From Patescibacteria group bacterium (lineage in GTDB: Bacteria; Patescibacteriota; Patescibacteriia; XYB2-FULL-38-15): DNA of 64,000 nucleotides. The notes under the pieces are model-generated. The model did not search any database, was not told the origin of the DNA, and saw only the letters and a list, made by a program, of their open reading frames with translations. The stretch is taken from NCBI GenBank assembly GCA_041737355.1, contig JBGSRW010000008.1, forward strand, positions 191,061-255,060, written 5' to 3'. The translations under genes were made by a program, and so were the position numbers. Positions 28,426-37,527 of the stretch are shown piece by piece (within the stretch, counting starts at the first letter, position 1; each line of letters begins with the position of its first letter).

Positions 28426-29387
28426 AATTTTGCCAGAACTTTAAAAATATTTATTCCCACCGGACAAACCTTGGCGCAGCGGCCGCAGCCGACGCAGCCC
28501 ATAATTTGCAATTGGTCGGGAATTCGGACGAATTTATGGTAATACCAGAAATGGATCCGGTCGGCGGTAGTTTTTAAAAACTTTTGCCCGCCCCCCACTT
28601 CGGAAAAATCATTGTAAAAACAGGCTCCCCAGCTCCGCTTTCTGACTCCGCCATCGTCTGTCAGATTTGGCTGATCTTTAACATCAAAACAAAAACAGGT
28701 CGGACAAACCATGGTACATTTTCCGCACTCAATACAACGCGCCCCGAGATCGTCTTCCCAAATTTCTTTTTTATAAATCTTTTTCAGGGCGTCGCGGTAT
28801 TTTATCATTTGCGGATCCTTTCCTTCTTCTCTTATCGGCCCGGAAAATTGGATATGCTCGTAATCCTTGTAACCGAATTCATCAAGAATCTTTTGCCCAT
28901 CCTCCGAACCGGTATAAACAAAATAATTTTTCCCTTGGACTTCAAGGAAAATATCAAACTGCAGATGTTCTAAAATATCTTCCTCGTATTTAATATGAAA
29001 AAGATTATGCTCGGCCTCGGCAGGAATCAAACTCTGCCCGACAATCAAAGTATTTTTCATCCGCTCCTGATACCAGAGATCTTTTTCGAAAATATGGTTG
29101 AACAAAACTATTGCTTTGAGATCAATCGGATTTATCCCAAAAATTACCTGCTTCCTCGCTTTCTTCACTTCGATCATCCTGTCTTTTTTGTATTCAAAAA
29201 TAACTTCTTCCGGCGGCAGCAAAAACCGTTTGAAAGAATGAAGCGGCGGTTCTTTAACGAGCTTCACTTTTGAGGCGTCTTCAACTTTGGCGTAAGCCAC
29301 TTCGTCTTTTTGTTTTTCCGGTGCGAAAACATCATATCTCCGCTTCATCAAAAAACTAATAAATTTTTGCAGTTGTCCGTGGGTCAT
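28422..29387 (-). CDS. hydB: Group 3b hydrogenase beta subunit (4Fe-4S dicluster)
   Basis: CIECGKCTMVCPTCFC and CVGCGRCAKVCPVG; overlaps hydG start (ATGA). Confidence 0.88.
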   Translation of the reverse strand: MTHGQLQKFISFLMKRRYDVFAPEKQKDEVAYAKVEDASKVKLVKEPPLHSFKRFLLPPEEVIFEYKKDRMIEVKKARKQVIFGINPIDLKAIVLFNHIFEKDLWYQERMKNTLIVGQSLIPAEAEHNLFHIKYEEDILEHLQFDIFLEVQGKNYFVYTGSEDGQKILDEFGYKDYEHIQFSGPIREEGKDPQMIKYRDALKKIYKKEIWEDDLGARCIECGKCTMVCPTCFCFDVKDQPNLTDDGGVRKRSWGACFYNDFSEVGGGQKFLKTTADRIHFWYYHKFVRIPDQLQIMGCVGCGRCAKVCPVGINIFKVLAKL

Positions 29388-29417
29388 ATTAAGAGATTAT
29401 AACATAAAAAATAAAAC

Positions 29418-29448
29418 AAAAACAGGCAGCCTTCCGCCGTCTGTTTTT
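29418..29448 (-). terminator. Terminator after gap
   Basis: AAAAACAGGC...GTCTGTTTTT inverted repeat. Confidence 0.6.
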
Positions 29449-29459
29449 ATAGTTTATTC

Positions 29460-30473
29460 TTATTTTATTTTTTTGCCGACCATCTCCGTGAACTCAACCA
29501 GTCTCGTACTGTATCCCCACTCGTTATCGTACCAGGCGATTACTTTTATCAAATTTCCCCCGACTGCCATGGTGAGCTCTGCGTCAACTACCGAGGAGAG
29601 AGGCGATTTTCTGTAATCGACCGAAACGAGCGGTTCGTCGCTTACGCCCAAAATACCTTTCAATTCTTTTCCCGCCGCGGCGCGCAAAGTATTGTTAACC
29701 TGGTCAACCGTCGCGTCTTTTCCGATAACCAAAGAAAAATCTAGAAGTGAAACTGCCGGTGTCGGAACGCGGATTGATAAACCGTTCAATTTTCCCTTCA
29801 GGTCGGGAATAACTTTTTCCACGGCTTTGGTCGCCCCGGTTGTCGTCGGAATCATGGAGAGCGCGGCGGCGCGGGCCCGGCGCAAATCCTTATGCGGAAG
29901 ATCGAGTAGGCGCTGGTCGTTCGTATAGCTATGGCAGGTTGTCATCGTACCTTTCAGTATTTTAAATTTATCGTTCAGGACTTTGGCGATCGGGGCCATG
30001 GCGTTTGTCGTGCAGGAAGCCATGGAAATAACGAAATCCTTTCTCGGATCGTATTTTTCTTCGTTGCAGCCAATAACATAAGTCGGGATGTCTTCGCCCT
30101 TGCACGGCGCGGAAATAATAACTTTTTTGGCGCCGGCTTTGATGTGGGCCGAAGCGCCCTCAAAATCCGTGAAAACGCCGGTTGATTCTACTACTATATC
30201 AACTCCCAGTTTTTTCCAGGGAAGAACCGACGGATCTTTTTCCGCGAAAATTTTTATTTTTTTACCGTCAACTTCTATAAAATCCTTGCCGGCGGAAACT
30301 TTTCCCGAGTGAACCCCGTAAACCGAATCGTATTTGTACAAATGAGCCAGAGTCGCCGGATCGGTCAGATCGTTTACCGCTACGATTTCCAGCGCCGGAT
30401 AATCTTTGGCGATGGCAAAAAATTGGCGGCCGATCCGCCCGAAACCGTTAACCGCGACCTTGATTTTTGGCAT
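29460..30473 (-). CDS. gap: Type I glyceraldehyde-3-phosphate dehydrogenase
   Basis: NGFGRIGR, ASCTTN, WYDNEWGY; SD GGAGG before ATG 30473. Confidence 0.97.
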   Translation of the reverse strand: MPKIKVAVNGFGRIGRQFFAIAKDYPALEIVAVNDLTDPATLAHLYKYDSVYGVHSGKVSAGKDFIEVDGKKIKIFAEKDPSVLPWKKLGVDIVVESTGVFTDFEGASAHIKAGAKKVIISAPCKGEDIPTYVIGCNEEKYDPRKDFVISMASCTTNAMAPIAKVLNDKFKILKGTMTTCHSYTNDQRLLDLPHKDLRRARAAALSMIPTTTGATKAVEKVIPDLKGKLNGLSIRVPTPAVSLLDFSLVIGKDATVDQVNNTLRAAAGKELKGILGVSDEPLVSVDYRKSPLSSVVDAELTMAVGGNLIKVIAWYDNEWGYSTRLVEFTEMVGKKIK

Positions 30474-30507
30474 ATTTCCTCCCCTTAAGTTAAATTTTAA
30501 AAAAAAA

Positions 30508-31299
30508 TTATTTTTTAATAGGGACCTCAATAACTGTCCCTTCATCTAATTTTACAACAACCGACTGTTTTAGGGTATGCCAGCCTATAACTTTTCCCCG
30601 GCCATGCTCGGTCCGGACAACCGTTCCGATGGGGGGTAATTTTTTTACCGCCTCCTCGTAATTTTTCTGTTCATAAGCCAGGCAGCACATCAGCCGGCCG
30701 CAAGCGCCGGTCAGCCGGTCGCTCCCGCGATGGGCAATCTGCTGAAGGTCGGCGAGATCGGAAGTAATGCTCCCCAAATCTTTTTTAAATTTCTGACAGC
30801 AAAGATTTCTTCCGCAAGACCCGATGTCTCCGGAAATTTTCGCCTCGTCGCGTATCCCGAGCTGCTGAAGGCGGATTGATTTTTGAAAAGTTTTGGTTAA
30901 ATCCTTAACCAGTTCCCTGAAATCAACCCGGCCGTCGGCGACAAAAGCGAAAGTAACACGTCCTCCGTCAAAAGAAAAATGGGCGTCGATCAGTTTGATC
31001 GGAAGATTATATTTTTTTATAATTTTTTTGCAAACCGAAATCGCTTCCTTTTTTTGGCTGTCCTTTTCCTTCAGTTTTACCAAGTCGGCGGTGTTCGCCT
31101 TTCTGAAGATCGGCTTTATCTCCAATTTGGCCTCGGCGAGTTCTTTCTCGTTCATTTCTTTCATTCCGACAACCCTTCCCATTTCTACCCCGAGATCGGT
31201 TTTAACGATAACAAAATCATCAACACCGACGACCGACTCCCCGGAATTAAAATCATAGATTCTCCCCCATGGCGTAAATTGGATTTCCGCGATCTTCAT
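30508..31299 (-). CDS. ricT: PSP1/RicT (YaaT) family protein
   Basis: RVDFRELVKDL, QLGIRDEAK, GSCGRNLCC, GACGRLMCCLAYE. Confidence 0.88.
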   Translation of the reverse strand: MKIAEIQFTPWGRIYDFNSGESVVGVDDFVIVKTDLGVEMGRVVGMKEMNEKELAEAKLEIKPIFRKANTADLVKLKEKDSQKKEAISVCKKIIKKYNLPIKLIDAHFSFDGGRVTFAFVADGRVDFRELVKDLTKTFQKSIRLQQLGIRDEAKISGDIGSCGRNLCCQKFKKDLGSITSDLADLQQIAHRGSDRLTGACGRLMCCLAYEQKNYEEAVKKLPPIGTVVRTEHGRGKVIGWHTLKQSVVVKLDEGTVIEVPIKK

Positions 31300-31306
31300 A
31301 ATGAAA

Positions 31307-31909
31307 TTAGCAAACCGCCGGGCTTTCTATCTGAAACCTGACCATTTTTTTTATTTCTATTTTCTCTCCGATCTTGGCAATTTTTTGGTTGATCATTTCT
31401 TCGATCGTAACATCCTCGTCCTTGACAAACGGCTGTTTCAGGAGACAAACCTCGGAATAATATTTGTCGAGTTTTCCGCTCAATATTTTTTCCAAAACGG
31501 CCGGCGGTTTGTCTTTGACCTCTTCCAGATACATCTCCTTTTCTTTCGCGACGATATCGGCGGGAATGTCTTCCGGTCTAATATAGAGCGGGCTTGTCGC
31601 CGCTACCTGCATGGCCAAGTCGTGTGCCAAACCTTGGAATTCCTCGTTCCGCGCAACAAAATCCGTCTCACAGCTTAATTCTATCATTGCTCCGACCTTC
31701 CCATTGGCGTGGATATAGGCATGGATCAATCCTTCCTTCGTTGTTCTCTCGGCCGACTTTTTAGCCGCTTTTATTTCACCTTTTTTTCTTAAAACTTCGA
31801 TTGCTTTTTCGAGATCTCCCCCTGCTTCATCCAGGGCATTTTTGCATTCAACGATGCCCGCGCCGGTTCGTTCACGCAATTGTGAAACGAGTTTTGGATC
31901 AGCGATCAT
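31307..31909 (-). CDS. tsf: Elongation factor Ts (short form)
   Basis: LRERTGAG...CKNAL, CETDFVA; 200 aa. Confidence 0.95.
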   Translation of the reverse strand: MIADPKLVSQLRERTGAGIVECKNALDEAGGDLEKAIEVLRKKGEIKAAKKSAERTTKEGLIHAYIHANGKVGAMIELSCETDFVARNEEFQGLAHDLAMQVAATSPLYIRPEDIPADIVAKEKEMYLEEVKDKPPAVLEKILSGKLDKYYSEVCLLKQPFVKDEDVTIEEMINQKIAKIGEKIEIKKMVRFQIESPAVC

Positions 31910-31936
31910 AGTATTTTATTTTAGATAATTATTTAA

Positions 31937-32707
31937 TTACTTTCCCGCTTCTTTCTTTTCTTCCGGTTTCACGGCCGGCGCCGGATTTTGGGCGACGGGA
32001 GCCGCGTTTCTTTTTGTATCAAACTCGGCTTTTCCTTCTTTTACCGCGCCTGCCGCCAGACCGACCATCATTTCAATCGCTTTCACCGCGTCATCGTTAG
32101 AAGGAACGGGATAATCAACCTCTTCGGGATTGATATTCGTATCGCAAAGCGCGACGACCGGAATTTTTTTCTTCTTGGCTTCGGCTACGGCGGTTTTTTC
32201 CGCTTTCACGTCAATCACGAAAATCGCTTCCGGAAGTTTTTTTAATGTTTCCACGCCGCCGACCAACTCTTCCAGCTTGATGATTTCTTTTTGGAAACTT
32301 AACTGCTCTTTTTTGGTATACTTTCCAAGAGCGCCGGAGGCCTGTTTGGTTTTGAGATCGATCAGCCTGTCGATCACGCTTTTAATTGTTTTGAAGTTTG
32401 TAAAAGTTCCGCCGAGCCAGCGGGTTGTAACGTACGGCACGCCGGCGTCTTTGGCGTGACGCTTTACAATTTCCTTGGCCTGGTCTTTTGAACCGACAAA
32501 AAGAACAACTCCGCCCGAGGCTGTTGTCTTTTTAATAAACTCCAAGGCTTCTATAAGTTTTTTCGCCGTTTCCTCCAAATTGATGATGTGGATGTCGCTC
32601 CGCTCTCCGAAAATGAATGGCTTCATCTTCGGATGCCACTTCGAGGCCTTGTGCCCAAAATGAACACCGGCCTGGAGCATTTCCAGCATTGACGGAATTT
32701 CTTGCAT
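31937..32707 (-). CDS. rpsB: 30S ribosomal protein S2
   Basis: AGVHFGH, RWLGGTFTN, DTN, PSNDDA. Confidence 0.97.
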   Translation of the reverse strand: MQEIPSMLEMLQAGVHFGHKASKWHPKMKPFIFGERSDIHIINLEETAKKLIEALEFIKKTTASGGVVLFVGSKDQAKEIVKRHAKDAGVPYVTTRWLGGTFTNFKTIKSVIDRLIDLKTKQASGALGKYTKKEQLSFQKEIIKLEELVGGVETLKKLPEAIFVIDVKAEKTAVAEAKKKKIPVVALCDTNINPEEVDYPVPSNDDAVKAIEMMVGLAAGAVKEGKAEFDTKRNAAPVAQNPAPAVKPEEKKEAGK

Positions 32708-32730
32708 AATAGTTCCTTTTTTACCTCTGT

Positions 32731-32788
32731 TTCGCCAAAACTTGCGGGTCCGGCGAGCGCCGGATCAGGAGCAAGTTTTAAAGGCAAA
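32731..32788 (-). promoter_or_regulatory. Structured rpsB 5' leader
   Basis: Nested inverted repeats GCC-AAAACTTGC...TCCGGCG/CGCCGGA...GCAAGTTTT-GGC upstream of rpsB. Confidence 0.5.
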
Positions 32789-32937
32789 ACATGTGGGATA
32801 ACTAATTAATTAACGACTTTAAGCTATTTTTACACAAAACCGAAAAACGCGCAAGCTCACGCCTCCTCCTTGCCAAAGTTATACCCTTATGTTAAATTAA
32901 GACTAACATAAATAAACTGTCTATTAATTATCATTTT

Positions 32938-33195
32938 ATGAAAAAAGAAATCCATCCGGAATACCACCCCAAGGCGAAGGTAACCTGCGCCTGCGGAAAC
33001 TCTTTTGCCGTAGGCTCAACCATGAAAGAAATAAAGGTTGAGTTGTGCTCTGCCTGCCATCCTTTTTATACCGGCAAACAGAAGCTGGTTGATACCGCCC
33101 GCCGCGTTGAAAAGTTCAAAGAAAAAATGGACAAAAAGGCTGCTATTTCCGCGACAAAAAAAGTAAAGAAGCCGAGAGCAAAAAAAACCAAGTAA
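32938..33195 (+). CDS. rpmE: 50S ribosomal protein L31 (Zn-binding type)
   Basis: [21 protein letters not shown]. Confidence 0.96.
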   Translation: MKKEIHPEYHPKAKVTCACGNSFAVGSTMKEIKVELCSACHPFYTGKQKLVDTARRVEKFKEKMDKKAAISATKKVKKPRAKKTK

Positions 33196-33261
33196 CTATT
33201 CAAAATTTCATAAAACATGGTAACGTTTATTGTTATCATGTTTTTATGTTAAAATATTGAT

Positions 33262-34302
33262 ATGATCCCCGAAATTGAAAAAACCGAAAAAAGATTTGCC
33301 GAACTCGAAACGGAACTTGCCCGCCCCGAGGTTGTTTCTAATCCGGAAAAATTAAAAATCGTTTCCCGGGAATACAGCGATTTAAAAGACATTATCTCAA
33401 AAATCAATAAATTACACTGTCTGGAAAAAGCCGAATCAGAAACGGAAATCATGGCCAAACAGGAATCGGATGAAATGGTTGCCATTGCCAGGGAAGAATT
33501 GGAAAAAATAAGAAAAGAAAAGTCGGCACTCGAAGCAAAAATAAAAGAAGAACTCACGCCGAAAGATCCTTTGGACAAAAGAAATATTATCGTGGAAATC
33601 CGGGCCGGGGCCGGCGGAGACGAAGCGGCTCTTTTTGCCGCCCAGCTTTTCCGAATGTATTCGCGTTTTGCCGAACGCCACGGATGGCAGACAAGATTGA
33701 TTTCTTCAAACCGCACCGACTTGGGAGGCTTTAAAGAAATCATTTTTTCCGTTATCGGAAAAAATGCCTGGGGAAATTTAAAATTTGAAAGCGGCGTGCA
33801 CCGCGTCCAACGCGTACCGGACACGGAAAAAAGCGGCCGGGTCCATACTTCAACCGCCTCCGTCGCCGTCTTGCCTGAAGCCGAAGAAATTGACATTAAA
33901 ATTGAACCGAAAGATTTGAGAATCGATACTTTTCTTTCCGGTGGCCACGGCGGGCAAAGCGTCCAGACAACCTATTCGGCCGTCAGAATTACCCATCTTC
34001 CCTCCGGTCTTGTTGTCGCCTGCCAGGACGAACGCTCGCAGCAGCAAAACCGGGAAAAAGCCATGCAGGTTTTGCGCTCACGTCTTTTTGTGATGGAACA
34101 GGAAAAACGCCAAGCAGCTGAAGTCGCCGCCCGTCGTTCTCAAATTGGTTCGGCAATGCGAGCGGAAAAAATCAGAACTTACAATTTTCCCCAGGACCGC
34201 GTCTCCGACCACCGCGTTAAGGAAAGCTGGCATAATATAAATAATGTTATGGACGGCGAACTGGACGGGATTATCGAAACGCTGAAAAAAGAATTGCAAT
34301 AA
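33262..34302 (+). CDS. prfA: Peptide chain release factor 1
   Basis: [14 protein letters not shown] (PxT), [12 protein letters not shown]. Confidence 0.96.
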   Translation: MIPEIEKTEKRFAELETELARPEVVSNPEKLKIVSREYSDLKDIISKINKLHCLEKAESETEIMAKQESDEMVAIAREELEKIRKEKSALEAKIKEELTPKDPLDKRNIIVEIRAGAGGDEAALFAAQLFRMYSRFAERHGWQTRLISSNRTDLGGFKEIIFSVIGKNAWGNLKFESGVHRVQRVPDTEKSGRVHTSTASVAVLPEAEEIDIKIEPKDLRIDTFLSGGHGGQSVQTTYSAVRITHLPSGLVVACQDERSQQQNREKAMQVLRSRLFVMEQEKRQAAEVAARRSQIGSAMRAEKIRTYNFPQDRVSDHRVKESWHNINNVMDGELDGIIETLKKELQ

Positions 34303-34395
34303 CAAATAAAATTAAAAAAGATTCTGTTTGACAGGGTCTTTTTTATTTTATACCCTAATGTGATGCCCAAAAGGGAGGAAAAAGGAGGAGGGTGA

Positions 34396-35364
34396 ATGGA
34401 ACAGGTTATCATATCGGGAAACGCCAACCGGCTACTGGCCGAAAAAGTGTGCGGAATTCTACACGCCAAGCTCGGCGAAGCCTGGGCAGGACGCTTTGCC
34501 GACGGAGAAGTTGATGTCGGCGTGCCCAACGTCCGCGGCAAGCATGTGGTCATCCTACAGCCGACTCCCCCGCCGGCGGAAAACTGGTTCGAAATATTCT
34601 TTATGGCCGACGCGGCCATCAGCGGTTCGGCTGAAGAAGTCACGGTCTTCATGCCCTATATGGGCTACGCCCGGCAGGATCGCAAGGACAAGCCGCACCG
34701 CCCGATTTCCGCCAGAGCCATGATTAGAATGCTTGCGGCAATGGGAGTCGACAGATTGATGACCATGGATCTCCACGCCGCCCAGATCCAGGGCTTCACT
34801 CTGCTTCCCTTTGATAATCTCTATCTCTCCTCCACTCTGCTCGAATTCCATCGGGATCTCCCCTGGAAAACCGGCGCGGTGATTGTCTCGCCCGATGCCG
34901 GCGGCGTCGGGCGGGTTAGGGCAATTGCCAAGATTCTTGGCTGCGAGATTGCCTTCATCGACAAACGCCGCGACGGACCGAACCAGTCCGAAGTGATGCA
35001 TGTCGTCGGCGAAGTCAAAGGCAAGATCGCCGTGATGTTGGACGACATGATCGACACAGCCGGCTCTCTCGTCAAGGGCGCCGAAGCGGTCATGGCCGAA
35101 GGCGCGACCGAGGTCCATGCCGTCGGTTCGCACGGCGTCCTCTCCCGGAACCAGAACCCCGAGAAGGATTCGATTGAACGGCTGAAGAAGTCGCCGCTCA
35201 AAACCCTCGTCATTTCCGATTCGCTTCTGATCCCGGAGGAAAAGCGATTCGACCGCATGCACATCGTTTCTTGCGCACCGCTCGCCGCCGAAATGATCCG
35301 GCGCGTTCACAACCGAGAACCGGTTAGCCCGCTCTTTGAGGAGGCCTTTCGCTGGGTAAAATAA
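34396..35364 (+). CDS. prs: Ribose-phosphate pyrophosphokinase
   Basis: FADGE, PYMGYARQDRK, DLHAAQIQGF, VSPDAGG, LDDMIDTAGS; own promoter TTGACA-17-TACCCT and SD. Confidence 0.95.
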   Translation: MEQVIISGNANRLLAEKVCGILHAKLGEAWAGRFADGEVDVGVPNVRGKHVVILQPTPPPAENWFEIFFMADAAISGSAEEVTVFMPYMGYARQDRKDKPHRPISARAMIRMLAAMGVDRLMTMDLHAAQIQGFTLLPFDNLYLSSTLLEFHRDLPWKTGAVIVSPDAGGVGRVRAIAKILGCEIAFIDKRRDGPNQSEVMHVVGEVKGKIAVMLDDMIDTAGSLVKGAEAVMAEGATEVHAVGSHGVLSRNQNPEKDSIERLKKSPLKTLVISDSLLIPEEKRFDRMHIVSCAPLAAEMIRRVHNREPVSPLFEEAFRWVK

Positions 35365-35386
35365 CCCGGCAAAAATCAAATAGTCC

Positions 35387-35418
35387 GCCCGAATTTCCCC
35401 TAAAATTCGGGCTTTATT
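35387..35418 (+). terminator. Terminator after prs
   Basis: GCCCGAATTT-cccct a-AAATTCGGGC then T-rich tract. Confidence 0.7.
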
Positions 35419-35570
35419 TATTATTAAGACTTGACAAACCCGCTTTTCTGTAATACCCTGAAAATATCATAAATGGTGGCCATCCCGCCAAAGAGGCGGG
35501 AAGGAAGGTGGCCCTAGACATCTGCCGATAGACGGCGGATTAAAAATAGGGAAGGTTGGAGGAGAGAGAA

Positions 35571-35831
35571 ATGTTTTTGGAGAGCCTCGGCATGGATCCG
35601 GAAACCGGTACGATCGGCGCTTCTTCGCTCGGTGCGATCCACGTCAAGAACCGGATTGACCCGGAAAAACCGCTCCGTCGCTGCCAGGAACCCGGTTGCG
35701 GTACGATTCTCCGCAGCGGCAACCCGGACAACTACTGCTCGCTGCACACCTGCTCCGAAAGGCGCGGCAAGAAGTACACCGACTCCGTCGCCCTCCGGCG
35801 CCGGAAGCGGATGCATCTCGTCCGCGTCTGA
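35571..35831 (+). CDS. Small Cys/His (putative Zn-binding) basic protein
   Basis: CxxxGC...CSLH motif; SD GGAGGAG; TTGACA-17-TACCCT promoter at 35431. Confidence 0.55.
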   Translation: MFLESLGMDPETGTIGASSLGAIHVKNRIDPEKPLRRCQEPGCGTILRSGNPDNYCSLHTCSERRGKKYTDSVALRRRKRMHLVRV

Positions 35832-35925
35832 CCCGCCAAAAACGTGAGAGCCGCGAGTTCGCTCGCCGGCCCTCCGTTCCCAATTCGCGACCAAGGGCTC
35901 CGTCTCCCCCCGGCCCGGCCGCGAA

Positions 35926-35985
35926 ACCCGCACAGTGTCTTGGACAAGAGTCCCACTCCTTCCAGACACTGTGCGGGTATTTTTT
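35926..35985 (+). terminator. Long-stem terminator
   Basis: ACCCGCACAGTGTCT...AGACACTGTGCGGGT followed by T run. Confidence 0.8.
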
Positions 35986-36083
35986 ATCTTGACAAATTAA
36001 ATTTTTTAAATTAAGGTGCGGATAGAAAGGACTTGCCAAAACAACCCCGCGAATCGCGGGCAAAAGGCAAGCGGGAGGAAGAC

Positions 36084-36584
36084 ATGGCAGACGACAAGAG
36101 GGAGAAGGCAAAGGTACTTCTGGCGGACCGCCTGCGAACCCTGCAGGCCGCCGAATTTCTGGACTTCGAGGACATCGTGCGCCACCTGCAAGGTGGCGAC
36201 AGCCTCGCCCGCACCATCGTGAATCTCGCCAAGGTTGTCGGCTTCGACAGCGTCTACGGCGATCTCTACGCCAGGGCGGTCTTCAAGGACAACGGGAAAG
36301 GAATCGTCCAGACCTGGAAGAAGGCTCTCCTGAACGAGGTCTCTCTGGTCGAGGAGCTGCTTCGCAACATCCCCAACGACGAAATCCCCCTCCTCTTCAA
36401 GTTCTGGCTCACGGAGACGCGTGAACGCGCCACCTGGGAACAGCTCGTCAACGCCACCCCTTACGCCATCCTCCGGGCCTGCGCCTCCGAGGGCGACAAG
36501 CGTGCCGACGAAGCTGCCGCTGATGCGGAAGTCGTCGACGAGGAGGTCATGGAGATCGGAGAACCCTCCGACGACGGGAAGTGA
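36084..36584 (+). CDS. Hypothetical protein (GC-rich single-gene unit)
   Basis: TTGACA-17-TAAGGT at 35989, SD GGGAGG, strong GC3 bias, terminator 36615-36654. Confidence 0.7.
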   Translation: MADDKREKAKVLLADRLRTLQAAEFLDFEDIVRHLQGGDSLARTIVNLAKVVGFDSVYGDLYARAVFKDNGKGIVQTWKKALLNEVSLVEELLRNIPNDEIPLLFKFWLTETRERATWEQLVNATPYAILRACASEGDKRADEAAADAEVVDEEVMEIGEPSDDGK

Positions 36585-36671
36585 TCCGTCACGGCTATAC
36601 GAGCCGCCTCCGCCATCCGCGCAATGAGCCATTGCTCAAAGTGCGGATTTTTTTATGTTATAATTCCATTG

Positions 36672-37523
36672 ATGACCAACCTCGAAGCCATTAATTGGGC
36701 AACTGGAAAATTAAAGAAAAATAAAATTACCTCTCCAGCTCTCGACGCCGAGATTCTTTTAGCTTTGGCTATAAAGAAACCAAAAGAATTTTTCTTTTCC
36801 CATCCGGAAAGAAAATTAACCGCTAGCCAGTTGGCTAAATTTAAAAAAATAATCGCGCGCCGCGCCAAACATGAACCGACCGCCTATATTATCGGCCAAA
36901 AATGTTTCTACGGCTTAGATTTTTTTGTCGATAAAAATGTCTTAATCCCCCGCCCGGAAACCGAAATGCTGGTTGAAAACATAATAAATCAAAAACTATC
37001 CGCCATTATTGACGTCGGCACGGGCAGCGGCGCCATTGCTATTTCACTCGCCAAAAATATTCCCGGCGCCAAAGTTTTTGCCACGGAAATTTCTCCGAGC
37101 GCGATAAAATTGGCCAAAAAAAATATTAAACACCACAAAGTGGCCGTCGAACTTTTGCGTGGTAATCTACTCGCGCCAATTTTTAAAAAAATCATTAATT
37201 TAAAATCTTTAGTCGTTGCCGCTAACCTCCCCTATTTAACTACCATTCAATGGCGCCGCACCCCGCCGGAAATAAAAAAATACGAGCCGCGGACGGCGCT
37301 TGACGGCGGCAAAGATGGACTTAAATATTATCGCAAACTTTTAGAACAAATCAAAAATTTAAAAAACGAGAATCACGAACTGCAAATCACAATCCTCTTT
37401 GAAATTGATCCCTCGCAAACCAAATCAATTGCTAAATTAATCCGCGCCATCTTTCTGGCGGCAAAAATTGAAATAAAAAAAGACCTCGCCGGACGAGATC
37501 GCTTGGTTATTTTTAAAATATAG
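36672..37523 (+). CDS. prmC: Release factor glutamine methyltransferase
   Basis: VLIPRPETE, DVGTGSG, NLPY, EP..ALDGGKDGL, KDLAGRDR. Confidence 0.94.
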   Translation: MTNLEAINWATGKLKKNKITSPALDAEILLALAIKKPKEFFFSHPERKLTASQLAKFKKIIARRAKHEPTAYIIGQKCFYGLDFFVDKNVLIPRPETEMLVENIINQKLSAIIDVGTGSGAIAISLAKNIPGAKVFATEISPSAIKLAKKNIKHHKVAVELLRGNLLAPIFKKIINLKSLVVAANLPYLTTIQWRRTPPEIKKYEPRTALDGGKDGLKYYRKLLEQIKNLKNENHELQITILFEIDPSQTKSIAKLIRAIFLAAKIEIKKDLAGRDRLVIFKI

Positions 37524-37527
37524 AAAA

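Noticed and set aside
36020-36083. c-di-GMP-I riboswitch suggested by GGCAAAA
   Set aside because: Lacks the two-hairpin GNRA/receptor arrangement
34555-36632. Minus-strand ORFs over prs and neighbours (34555-35379, 35514-35969, 36006-36632)
   Set aside because: Shadow frames of GC-rich + strand genes
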